Shown here: positions 7,838-16,787 of the stretch, piece after piece | Numbering within the stretch: the stretch's first letter is position 1 | Layout: every line of letters begins with the position of its first letter | Assembly: GCA_963748755.1 (NCBI GenBank) | Contig: CAVVKA010000001.1 | Coordinates: 121,995-185,994 of the forward strand | Reading direction: 5' to 3' | Source of the DNA: an uncultured Actinomycetes bacterium | GTDB taxonomy: Bacteria > Actinomycetota > Thermoleophilia > Gaiellales > Gaiellaceae | DNA length: 64,000 bases | Notes under the pieces: generated by a model | The model's database searches: none | What the model was told of the DNA's origin: nothing | What the model saw: only the letters and a program-made list of their open reading frames with translations | Translations under genes and position numbers: made by a program

Positions 7838-10555
7838 CTAGGCGAGCGCGGGGCCGAGCTGGGCGCGCGAGCGCACGCCGAGCTTCGCGTACACGTGCGA
7901 GAGATGCTTTTCGACCGTGTACACGCTGACGACGAGCTCCGCCGCGATCTCCTTGTTCGAGAGGCCGGAGGCAGCGAGACGCGCGACGCGTTCCTCGGTG
8001 GGCGTCAGGTCTCCCTTCGGCACGGGACGCCGCCCTCCGGTTCGGGCGAGCTCCGCTCGGGCCTGCTCGGCCCAGCCCACGCCGCCGAGGCCTTCGAAGA
8101 CACTTGCCGCTTCAGCGAGCGAACGGCGCGCGGCCGCCCACTTCCGGTGCCGGCGCTGCACCCGGCCCAAGCAGAGCAGGGAACGCGCCCGGTCGAAATG
8201 CAAGCCGCGCGTCGCGTACGCATCGGCGGCCTCCCGTAGCAGGGCCGCCGCGCATTCGTCGTAAGCAGTCGCGAGCGCCAACATTGCTCGGCAACGCTTG
8301 GCACTCGCGAGACCCCAGGGATGCTCCTGCTCTTGGGCCAGCCGCTCGAGCCGCTCCGTCACGGCGATCGCCTCGTCGAGCTCCGCGAGCTCGACCAGAG
8401 CCTCCACGAGATCGGGTGCCATCGGCCAGATGCCGAGCTCCTCGATGCCTTCTCGCACCGTGTGCTCCCAGATCGGCCGCAAAGCGTCCGCCGCCTGCTG
8501 CGGCTCGTGGCGGAATAGGGCCGCGACCCCTCGCGCGCGCCACGCTTCCGTCAGCTCGCGGCGCATTCCGGTGGGGCCGATCGAGCCGATCGCCTCCAGA
8601 GCGCGGCGCTCGGCGTCGTCCGGCTGGCCGCGAATTGCGGCGAGAACGGCAATCCGCGGCCCGTTGAAATCGTCAGTCTCGAACGCCAGCCACTCCTGCG
8701 ACAGCGCCATCAGCCTCGATGCCCCCACCGCGTTTCCGGCCCGCAACTCGATCTCGGTGAGACCGTGGTACATCAGCCAGCCGGAACGCGCCTCTCCCCG
8801 CTCCTCGGCCAGCGCTCGCAGCCGCTCGAAGACCATGCGGGCCTCGTCGAACTCGCCGCGGCACACGAGCCGCGTGGACGCGATCCACTCGATTGAGGTC
8901 TCGTAGATGCTCGAGCTCTGTGGAACCGCGTCGGCCCGCTCCTGCAGGTCGCCGACGGGTCTGCCACGAAGAAGCCGCAGCCACGCGAGCGCGGACAACC
9001 CCCACCGTTCCTGCTCTGGCCCCAGGAGCTTGGCCAACTCGAGCGACTCGGTCGCAAGCGCTTCCGCCTCGTCGAGGTCGGAGAAGCTCGTGATCGAGTG
9101 CATCCGCGACTTCTCCGCCAGGACCTGCGCCCGCAGCTCCGCGTCACCGTCACATTCGGCGAGCGCATCGTCGAGGCGTGACAGTGCCCCGGCGACGGTG
9201 TCGCTGCACTCCGCGAGGACGAAGTAGGCCCGCGCCCGGGTCGGCCCAGGAGCGAAGTCCCCGGCCTTGTCCTCCAGAAGCTCCTTCACCCTCGAGAGCT
9301 CGCCTGCGACGACGAGGTGGCGTGCGAGGTCCAGCAAGCGGCCTTCCCACTCCACGTCGTCCGGCGGCGTCAAGCGAACCGCCTGCTCGGCGAGCTCTAC
9401 CGCTTCGTGGGTCGCCCCTCGGGCAAGCGCGTCGGCAGCCGCCGCGGCGACGGTGGTCGCAACGGCCTGGTCGGCACCGGCCGCGGCGAGCGCGAGATGC
9501 TGCACCCGAAGCGTTCCGTCATCAACGGCCCGCGCGAGAGCGAGATGCAGTTCTCGCCTCTCGGGCAAAGCGGAGTGCTTTCTGGCCGCGGCCGCTAGCA
9601 GAGGGTGCGACACGCGGACACGCGACCCATCGAGGACGAGCAAGCCGCCGCGCACCGCATCGTCGATCGCGAGTGGATCGACAACAGCGGCGAGCTGGAG
9701 CCGGTTGAGAGCGGGACTCAGCGCAACCGCGAGCAGCGCCCGCCAAACCGGGTCGGGGAGGCCCTCTACGCGAGGGCCGAACACGTCGTCGACGAAGTCC
9801 GGGATGGGGAGCTCCGCGCCGATCTCCGGCGTGCCGCGCTCACGCAGGAGCCGCCCGAGCTCGAGGGCGAAGAGTGGATTGCCGCCGGTCGCCTCGAAGA
9901 CCCGCAGCAGAACGCGCCTCGGCAAGCTCAGGTCCAGCCGCTGCGAGAGAAGTGCGCGCACAGCGCCGAGGCTGAGCGGTCCGAGCTCGAGCGAATCGGC
10001 GCCGGGTGGAGTGAATGCTCCTTCGAGCAGTGTCGCGGCGCCCGGCCGTCGCGCCAGTAGGAACCGGACGTCGCAGCCGGCCAGACGGCGGGCCGCGAAC
10101 GTCAGAGCGTCGGCCGAGGCGCGGTCGAGCCACGGCACGTCGTCGACGGCAAGGAGGAGCCGCTCCTGTGCAGCCAGCGCGCGGAGGACGGCCGTGAAAC
10201 CCGCAGCCACCGGCACCGAGAGCTGCGCCTGCCGCTCTGCGCGGAACAGGGCAACCTGGAGCGCACTGCGCTGCGGGGCCGAGATACCAGGGACCGCGGC
10301 CAGGTCGACCTCCTCCAGCAGGTCGGCCAACGCCACGAACGGAAGCTGTAGCTCGGCCTCGCTCGCTCGTGCGGCGAGAACCCGGGCTCCCTCCATGCGT
10401 GCCGTCTCCAGGCCCTCCTGCCACAGCGTCGTCTTCCCCATCCCTGCCTCGCCCACGAGGACGAGTGCGCGCCCTTCGCCGCCGAGGAAGGCGGCGAGGG
10501 CAGCGGCCTCTTCCTCGCGCCCGACGATCGCCGACCGAGTGACGAGACCATCCAT
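7838..10555 (-). CDS. large ATP-binding LuxR-family regulator (LAL/MalT-like)
   Basis: Walker A GEAGMGKTTL, Walker B LLLAVDDVPWLD, a long helical/TPR-like middle, and a C-terminal LuxR HTH LTPTEERVARLAASGLSNKEIAAELVVSVYTVEKHLSHVYAKLGV. Confidence 0.85.
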   Translation of the reverse strand: MDGLVTRSAIVGREEEAAALAAFLGGEGRALVLVGEAGMGKTTLWQEGLETARMEGARVLAARASEAELQLPFVALADLLEEVDLAAVPGISAPQRSALQVALFRAERQAQLSVPVAAGFTAVLRALAAQERLLLAVDDVPWLDRASADALTFAARRLAGCDVRFLLARRPGAATLLEGAFTPPGADSLELGPLSLGAVRALLSQRLDLSLPRRVLLRVFEATGGNPLFALELGRLLRERGTPEIGAELPIPDFVDDVFGPRVEGLPDPVWRALLAVALSPALNRLQLAAVVDPLAIDDAVRGGLLVLDGSRVRVSHPLLAAAARKHSALPERRELHLALARAVDDGTLRVQHLALAAAGADQAVATTVAAAAADALARGATHEAVELAEQAVRLTPPDDVEWEGRLLDLARHLVVAGELSRVKELLEDKAGDFAPGPTRARAYFVLAECSDTVAGALSRLDDALAECDGDAELRAQVLAEKSRMHSITSFSDLDEAEALATESLELAKLLGPEQERWGLSALAWLRLLRGRPVGDLQERADAVPQSSSIYETSIEWIASTRLVCRGEFDEARMVFERLRALAEERGEARSGWLMYHGLTEIELRAGNAVGASRLMALSQEWLAFETDDFNGPRIAVLAAIRGQPDDAERRALEAIGSIGPTGMRRELTEAWRARGVAALFRHEPQQAADALRPIWEHTVREGIEELGIWPMAPDLVEALVELAELDEAIAVTERLERLAQEQEHPWGLASAKRCRAMLALATAYDECAAALLREAADAYATRGLHFDRARSLLCLGRVQRRHRKWAAARRSLAEAASVFEGLGGVGWAEQARAELARTGGRRPVPKGDLTPTEERVARLAASGLSNKEIAAELVVSVYTVEKHLSHVYAKLGVRSRAQLGPALA

Positions 10556-10825
10556 CAGCTCGCCGCCGCGACCACGTACAGCTGCCAGCGGACTCCCGGA
10601 GTCACGCGCTCAGTGTCGGGCCTCGAACGGCCCTCTGCAAGGTCCGGATGCCGGTTGCGGGCGTTGCTCGCCGTTCGCTCGACCGTATCCCCACCGCGCA
10701 GGTAATTTCGAGTCATGCTGTCTCCCCTCGCACATGGGGTTGCTGTCCTCAGCAGCTGGGGATTGCTGTCCTCGGAGGGTTCTATTATTTTGAGACGAGG
10801 CTGAGGGAAGGAGGGGGACGGGCCG

Positions 10826-12049
10826 ATGCCGGCCAACGACTGGCGCACGAAAAGCGCACTCTGGGGAGCCGCGAAATCCGTCGCGGCGGCTAGCGGCCGG
10901 GCGATCTGGCCGGCGCTCCGACGCGTTCTCCGAGCAGCGGTCGTCGCATCTCCCCTCGTCCTCGGCGCAGCTGCCACGGCAGTGATTCTCGGCTCCAGGA
11001 GAGTGCCTCTCCCGTCGTTCAGCGGGCTGCCCGGCTCGCCGCCGGCACAGAAGGTCGTGGTGGGACCGAGCACCGGTGGAGGAGCAGGAGCGCCGAGACG
11101 GGTCGCGCCGGCGCCGTCCGGCTCGGCGCCGGCCGCCGGCGGGTCGGCCAGCGGCGGCGTCCCGGCCTCGAGCAGCTCCGGCAGTCCCGCTCCGCAGAAG
11201 AGTCAGCCCGCTTCCGGCCCACCCAGCTCGGGACCGCCTCAGCAGCAGCCTCCGCCGCAGGAATTTCCGCATCACTTCCCGCCGCCTCAGCAGTCTCCGC
11301 CTCCTCCGCCTCCGCCTCCGCCTCCGCCGCCTCCTCCTCCGCCCCCACCGCCGCCGCCCCCGCCTCCGCCGCCCCCGCCTCCACCGCCTCACTCGCCTCC
11401 GCCGCCTCCGGAGTATCGGCCTCCGCATAGTCGGGTCCCGGCCGAGCGGCCCTCGAGCCGGCACGGAGTGCCCGCGTGGGTGCTCGCCCTGATAGCGGCC
11501 CATCGAAACCACAACCAGCACGGACAAAAAGGTGGCGACTGTGCCCCGCCGCCGCCCCCGCCGCCCTGTCCGCCGAGAAGAGACGACCAGCCCGATCATC
11601 GGCCGGCGCGCCCGACCCCACCGCCCGGCCCGACGCATTCGTTCGCTCCGGGACACGACCGGCGCGGTCGCGGCGGGGGCTGGCAGGGCCAGGCCTCACC
11701 CAGCCACGGCAACACCAGCGCAGCGACCAACCAGAGTCCGGCCTCCGGCGACCAAAGCTCGGCGCCGAGCCAGGGCAATGCCCATGGCGGTAGCGGCAAC
11801 TGGTCGCCGCCAAGCCAAGGCCCGGCCCCCGGCGGCGGCAGCAGCGGGCCATCTTCCAGCCCGGCTCCCCACCCCTCCGGTGGAAACGGGGCGTGGTCGC
11901 AGGGCCAGAGCTACGGCCACAACGGCGCTACGGGGTCACAGAGCCAGGGCCACGACTACAGCGGCGGTACGCCATGGTCACAAGGCCAAAGCCATGGCCA
12001 GAGCTATGGAGGCAGCGGACGCTCCTCGCACAGCTGGGGCGGTCACTGA
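10826..12049 (+). CDS. membrane-anchored proline-rich low-complexity protein
   Basis: GGAAGGAGGGGG RBS before the ATG. One predicted TM (VVASPLVLGAAATAVILG), then Pro/Ser/Gly/Gln-rich sequence including 31 consecutive Pro. Ends 53 nt before the GGDEF gene. Confidence 0.55.
   Translation: MPANDWRTKSALWGAAKSVAAASGRAIWPALRRVLRAAVVASPLVLGAAATAVILGSRRVPLPSFSGLPGSPPAQKVVVGPSTGGGAGAPRRVAPAPSGSAPAAGGSASGGVPASSSSGSPAPQKSQPASGPPSSGPPQQQPPPQEFPHHFPPPQQSPPPPPPPPPPPPPPPPPPPPPPPPPPPPPPPHSPPPPPEYRPPHSRVPAERPSSRHGVPAWVLALIAAHRNHNQHGQKGGDCAPPPPPPPCPPRRDDQPDHRPARPTPPPGPTHSFAPGHDRRGRGGGWQGQASPSHGNTSAATNQSPASGDQSSAPSQGNAHGGSGNWSPPSQGPAPGGGSSGPSSSPAPHPSGGNGAWSQGQSYGHNGATGSQSQGHDYSGGTPWSQGQSHGQSYGGSGRSSHSWGGH
11297..11389 (+). 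repeat. 31 consecutive proline codons (CCN)31
   Basis: Counted directly: ccg/cct/ccc/cca codons from 11297 to 11389, in frame with the 10826 ORF. Confidence 0.9.
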
Positions 12050-12102
12050 GCCCCGCACGACGGCTGGTCGCTTCGCCCGGATTCGGGCTCCGGCTGCGCC
12101 TG

Positions 12103-13281
12103 ATGCTCACCCTCACCGCGGTCGCGATCTTTCCGATCGCCTTCGTCTCCTACGTGGTCGTCCAGGACGAGGTCCGCAACGTCACCCGCAACGTCGACTT
12201 CGAGGTACACAACGCCGCCCAGAGCGCCCAGGCGCGGTTCTCACGGCTGCTCGACCAGCGACAGGTGCACGCGGTCGCGGCGGCCGCTTCGCCGACTCTC
12301 CAGGCGGCAATCCGCCGGCATGACGCCAGGGCCGTCGAGCAGTTCGCACGTGCGAACGACGTGCTGATCCAGCTGCGGGGGGATGAGTACGGTCGCCGGC
12401 TCGAAGACGCTTTCGGCGCTCGCGCGCAACTCGTTGCTCATGGCCGTCAGATCGGCTCGGTCGTGGCGCAGCTGCCGATGAACGCAGAGACGCTGCGACA
12501 GCTCTCCGCGGGAGTCGCGAAGGGAGTCCGCCTCGCGTACGTCGATCTCGCAGGCCCCGTCCCTTCGGGTACGGCGCACGGTGCCACGGTGCCGCTCGAG
12601 AAGAAGGTCGGCATCCGCGCCTATCTCCCGAGCTCGATCGAGTCGCACCGCAAGAATGAGGCCTACCTCCGTGTCATCGAGGCCGGACTGCTGGCGCTCG
12701 CGGCACTGATGATTCTCACGCTCGTCCTCGCCCGCCCCCTGCTACGCACCTTCCGCTGGACGGAGGAGCAGGCGAGCGAGGCCCGCATCGACGCGCTGAC
12801 CGGGCTCGCGAACCGGCGCGCTCTCGAGGAGATCCTCGCCGCCGAGATCTCCCGCGCACAGCGCTTCGCGCATCAGCTCGCGATCGTGCTGCTCGACCTC
12901 GACCGCTTCAAGGAGATCAACGACTCCTTCGGCCACGCGGCCGGTGACGTGATGCTGCGCGCGGTCAGCCGGCTGCTCACCTCGCTCGCGCGCCAGGGGG
13001 ACACCGTCGCGCGCTGGGGTGGCGAGGAGTTCGTGGTCGTCCTACCGGAGACCGACCTCGAGGGAGCCCAGCGCTTCGCCGAGCGCCTCCGCCGCACCAT
13101 CGAGGCGCATTCGGTTGGCGACATGCAGACGAGCGCGAGCTGCGGGGTGGCGACGATGCTCCCGGAAGACAGCGTGGAAGAGTTGCTTGGGGCCGCCGAC
13201 CAGGCGCTGTACCAGGCGAAGGCGAACGGCCGAAACCGGACCGAGACCGCAGTCCGCGGCCCCCGCCCGGCCGCGGCCTGA
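12103..13281 (+). CDS. membrane-associated diguanylate cyclase (GGDEF domain)
   Basis: N-terminal TM LTLTAVAIFPIAFVSYVV, a second TM, then DALTGLANRR...RWGGEEFVVVL...GVA...ADQALYQAKANGRN. ATG at 12103 is the first start after the upstream stop. Confidence 0.8.
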   Translation: MLTLTAVAIFPIAFVSYVVVQDEVRNVTRNVDFEVHNAAQSAQARFSRLLDQRQVHAVAAAASPTLQAAIRRHDARAVEQFARANDVLIQLRGDEYGRRLEDAFGARAQLVAHGRQIGSVVAQLPMNAETLRQLSAGVAKGVRLAYVDLAGPVPSGTAHGATVPLEKKVGIRAYLPSSIESHRKNEAYLRVIEAGLLALAALMILTLVLARPLLRTFRWTEEQASEARIDALTGLANRRALEEILAAEISRAQRFAHQLAIVLLDLDRFKEINDSFGHAAGDVMLRAVSRLLTSLARQGDTVARWGGEEFVVVLPETDLEGAQRFAERLRRTIEAHSVGDMQTSASCGVATMLPEDSVEELLGAADQALYQAKANGRNRTETAVRGPRPAAA

Positions 13282-13316
13282 GTTTCTGGAACGCCGCCCG
13301 CGGAGAGCGGGAGGCG

Positions 13317-14360
13317 ATGGGAATCCTCTCGCACAGCCATGTCGGCGCCAAGCCCCACCGGCTGCTGCTCCTGACTGCGCTCGCCGCGTTCCTCTACCTC
13401 GCAGGCGGCGTCGCGATGGCCTATGTCGCGGGTTTCGACCGGGTCTGGCACGCGGCGCAACATCCCGACTGGCACTGGCTCGTCGCCTCGTTCGCCGGCG
13501 TGGCGCTCGCCTTCGTCGGCTACTACTTCGCCTACCGCGGGATCGGGAAGATCGAAGGAGGCCCGGACGATCTGAGCCACATCGACCGGCTCGCGGTCGT
13601 CGCCGCGGGCTTCGGCGGCTTCCTCGCCCACGGCGGCACCGGGCTCGACCGCACCGTCATGCGTGCGGCCGGCGGGTCGGCGCGAGAGGCGAAGGTGCGC
13701 GTGACGCTCCTCGGCGGCCTGGAGCACGGGATCATGGCCATCCCCTGCAGCGTGGCGGCGATGGTGCTCCTGTTCGAGGGGGTCCGCAAGCCGCCGCTCG
13801 ACTTCACGATCCCCTGGGCCGTCGGGCCCGCGGTCGGCTTCGCCGTCGCCTACTGGGCAGCCGAGCGCTACCGCTCCCGCCTTCGCAGGCGCGGCGGCTG
13901 GCGCGGGAAGCTCTCGATCCTGCTCGACGCGACGCACCTCGTCAGCGCGATGTTCCGCGACCCGCTGAACTACGCGGGCGCCATCGCGGGAATGCTCGTC
14001 TACTGGCTCGCCGAGATGGCTGCGCTGTGGGCGGCGGTGGCGGCCTTCGGTTTCCACATGCACCTCCCGACGCTCATGGTCGGCTTCGGGACGGCGATGA
14101 TCGTCACCCGCCGCACCGGCCCGCTCGGAGGAGCCGGCATCCTCGACGTCGCGCTCGCGGCGACGCTCTGGTACTGCGGCGCGCCGTGGGCGGCTGCGGT
14201 TCTCGGCGTCTACAGCTACCGCTTCTTTGCCCTCTGGCCGCCGCAGCCGCTCTCGTTCCTCATGCTGCCGCGCCTGCGCCGGCTGCTCGCGGGCTCGCCG
14301 GACGCCGACGCTCCGACGGCCGCGGGAGAGAAGTCCCGCGAGCCGGCGCTACAGCGCTAG
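13317..14360 (+). CDS. polytopic integral membrane protein (UPF0104 / LPG-synthase TM-region-like)
   Basis: 347 aa with about 8 hydrophobic segments. The functional assignment is tentative. Confidence 0.55.
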   Translation: MGILSHSHVGAKPHRLLLLTALAAFLYLAGGVAMAYVAGFDRVWHAAQHPDWHWLVASFAGVALAFVGYYFAYRGIGKIEGGPDDLSHIDRLAVVAAGFGGFLAHGGTGLDRTVMRAAGGSAREAKVRVTLLGGLEHGIMAIPCSVAAMVLLFEGVRKPPLDFTIPWAVGPAVGFAVAYWAAERYRSRLRRRGGWRGKLSILLDATHLVSAMFRDPLNYAGAIAGMLVYWLAEMAALWAAVAAFGFHMHLPTLMVGFGTAMIVTRRTGPLGGAGILDVALAATLWYCGAPWAAAVLGVYSYRFFALWPPQPLSFLMLPRLRRLLAGSPDADAPTAAGEKSREPALQR

Positions 14361-14526
14361 CTATAGGAGGACTTGGCGGAAGCCAGGCTGAGCCGCCGGC
14401 GCACGCTGCTCGCCCGCTGAGCGGCGTCCTCAGTCGCGCAAATAGCGCTGCTATTCGCGCTCCCTGCGTCCTTGTCAGCGAACAACCATCGCACGCCGAC
14501 GACGAGCGGCCTTCCGCCAAGCCCTC

Positions 14527-14841
14527 CTAGGGCAGCTCGAGGACGATCGTCCCGTCGACCACGCGCACCGGGTAGGTCTCGACGGGCTCGGTCGCCGGCA
14601 GCGAGATCGGCCGACCGGTCGAGAGCTCGAACATCGACCCGTGGCGGGGGCAGACGACGCGGCACATGTCCTCGTCCCAGTCTCCCTCGCAGAGAGGGCC
14701 GTCGTCGTGCGAGCAGCGATCCTCGATCGCATAGAGCTCGCCGCCGCAGTTGTAGACGCCGACGAAGAGCTGCCCCTCGCGGACGATCTTCGACGAGCCG
14801 GGCGGGAACTCGTCCGCCGCGGCGACCTCGATGTCCGGCAC
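14527..14841 (-). CDS. Rieske [2Fe-2S] ferredoxin-like protein
   Basis: CSHDDGPL...CPRHGSMF Rieske motifs. The GTG start overlaps the sufU TAG by 1 nt (TAGTG). Confidence 0.8.
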   Translation of the reverse strand: MPDIEVAAADEFPPGSSKIVREGQLFVGVYNCGGELYAIEDRCSHDDGPLCEGDWDEDMCRVVCPRHGSMFELSTGRPISLPATEPVETYPVRVVDGTIVLELP

Positions 14842-15281
14842 TAGAGGAGGTCGAGCTCGTCGAAGCCGGCGAGGCCGTCGGGGAGCGGCGTCCCCTTCGC
14901 CTTGTGCAGCGCGACCTTGAGCGTCGTGAGGCCGAGCATCGCGCACTTGAGGCGCACCGGAGTGAGCGGGACGCCGATCTCGGCGAGCAGCTCGTCCTTG
15001 TCGAGCGCGGCGACCTCCGCGGCCGTCCGGCCCTTCGTCATCTCCATCAGCATCGAGGTGGCCGCCTGCGAGATCGCGCAGCCGCGGCCCGAGAACTTCA
15101 CCTCGTCGATCGTCTCGCCGTCCTCGCCGAACGCGACGTAGATCGAGACCTCGTCGCCGCAGAGCGGGTTCTGGCCCTCGGCCTCGGCGTCGGCGTGCTC
15201 GATCACCCCGTGCCCGCGCGGGTTCTTGTAGTGGTCGAGGATGACCTCGCGGTACAGGCTCTCGAGACCAGCGTCGCTCAT
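14841..15281 (-). CDS. sufU: SufU/IscU-type Fe-S cluster assembly sulfur-transfer protein
   Basis: LYREVILDHYKNPRGHG...NPLCGDEV...GRGCAISQA... ATGA overlap with sufS. Confidence 0.85.
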   Translation of the reverse strand: MSDAGLESLYREVILDHYKNPRGHGVIEHADAEAEGQNPLCGDEVSIYVAFGEDGETIDEVKFSGRGCAISQAATSMLMEMTKGRTAAEVAALDKDELLAEIGVPLTPVRLKCAMLGLTTLKVALHKAKGTPLPDGLAGFDELDLL

Positions 15282-16522
15282 GCAAACACCTTACGGACGG
15301 CATGGAGGCCGTCGACGAGCTGGTCGATCTCCTCGGGGATCGTGTAGAGGTAGAAGCTCGCGCGGTTGGTCGCGGCGACCCCGAGCTTCTGCATCAGCGG
15401 CTGGCAGCAGTGATGCCCGGCGCGGATCGCGACGCCCTGCAGGTCGAGGATCTGCGCGACGTCGTGCGGGTGGATGTCCTCGAGGTTGAACGAGACGATT
15501 CCGGCGCGGCGGTCGGCGGGCGGGCCGTAGAGCTTGATGCCTGGCACCTCGGCCAGCCGGCCGAGCGCGTACGCGGCGAGCTCGTGCTCGTGCGCCTCGA
15601 TCGCGTCGAGCCCCACGGCCTCGAGGTAGTCGATCGCCGCGCCGAGCCCGACGGCCTCCGCCATCGGAGCCGTGCCCGCTTCGAACTTGTGCGGCAGCTC
15701 GCCCCACGTCGTCTTCTCGAGGCGCACCGAGTTGATCATGTGGCCGCCGGTGAGGAACGGATCCATCCTCTGCAGCAGCTCGGTGCGTCCCCAGAGCGCG
15801 CTCGCGCCGCTCGGCCCGCACATCTTGTGGCCCGAGATCGCGAGGAAGTCGACTCCGAGCGCCTGCACGTCGACCTTCGTGTGCGGCGCTCCCTGCGCGG
15901 CGTCGCAGACGTAGATCGCGCCCTGCGCGTGCGCCCACTCGGCGAGCTTCGCGACCGGGTTGATCGTGCCGAGCGAGTTCGAGATCAGGTTGGTGGCGAC
16001 GACCTTGACGCGGCCGCCGCCGGCGACGTCGTCGAGGACGGAGAGGTCGAGCTCGCCCTGCTCGTCGAGCGGGATCATCCGCAGCTCGGCGCCGGTCTTG
16101 CCGGCGATGAACTGCCACGGCACGAAGTTCGAGTGGTGCTCGAGCTCGGTGACGACGACGAGGTCGCCCGGGCCGAGGTTCGAGAGGCCCCACGCGTACG
16201 CGACGAGGTTGATCCCCTCGGTTGCGTTGCGGGTGAAGATCACCTCGCGGACGTCGGGCGCGTTGAGGAAGGCCCGGACGCGCTCGCGCGCGTGCTCGAG
16301 CGCCTCGGTCGCGCGCTCGGCCAGCAGGTAGACGCCGCGGTGGACGTTCGCGTACGAGGTCTCGTAGAAGCTGTCCATCGCCTCGAGCACCTGCCGCGGC
16401 TTCTGCGAGCTCGCGGCCGAGTCGAGGAAGGCGAGCGGCTTCCCGTGCATCTCCTGCTCGAAGATCGGGAAGTCTCGCCGCAGCGTGGGCGCGTCGAGCT
16501 TCGTTCTCGCGGTCACGGCCAT
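15278..16522 (-). CDS. sufS: cysteine desulfurase SufS (class V aminotransferase)
   Basis: FLDSAASSQKP...HHSN...SGHKMCGPSG (PLP Lys)...RAGHHCCQPL. Confidence 0.9.
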   Translation of the reverse strand: MAVTARTKLDAPTLRRDFPIFEQEMHGKPLAFLDSAASSQKPRQVLEAMDSFYETSYANVHRGVYLLAERATEALEHARERVRAFLNAPDVREVIFTRNATEGINLVAYAWGLSNLGPGDLVVVTELEHHSNFVPWQFIAGKTGAELRMIPLDEQGELDLSVLDDVAGGGRVKVVATNLISNSLGTINPVAKLAEWAHAQGAIYVCDAAQGAPHTKVDVQALGVDFLAISGHKMCGPSGASALWGRTELLQRMDPFLTGGHMINSVRLEKTTWGELPHKFEAGTAPMAEAVGLGAAIDYLEAVGLDAIEAHEHELAAYALGRLAEVPGIKLYGPPADRRAGIVSFNLEDIHPHDVAQILDLQGVAIRAGHHCCQPLMQKLGVAATNRASFYLYTIPEEIDQLVDGLHAVRKVFA

Positions 16523-16787
16523 GCTCTGATGGTAAAGGCCGTGGCCAGCCGAACCGCTCAGGTTTCTTAGATCTGAGTCTCCTCGTCGGCGGAGGCCTCG
16601 TGACGCTGGTCGTCGTCCTCGACGCGGACGTCCTCCTGGCCCGGCCGCTCGCCCGGCTCGTCGGTGGCCTCCGCCTCGCGCTGGGCGGCGATCTGGTCGG
16701 CTTCGCTCTCGTGATGTCTCGGTTCCATGAGGGCCGCGTTCCCTCTCGGTCCGTCCGGTAACCGCCGCTGGCTATCGTCCCCCGCCG

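Noticed and set aside
10610-11656. Minus-strand 348-aa ORF with poly-Arg, opposite the proline tract
   Set aside because: It is a mirror image of the (CCN)n tract. It has no RBS, TM or domain logic, whereas the plus-strand ORF has an RBS, a TM helix and operon context.
16567-16728. 53-aa acidic ORF (MEPRHHESEADQIAAQREAEATDEPGERPGQEDV...) upstream of sufS
   Set aside because: It is below the ORF-track cutoff, low-complexity and acidic, with no family recognised. The evidence is insufficient to call a gene.
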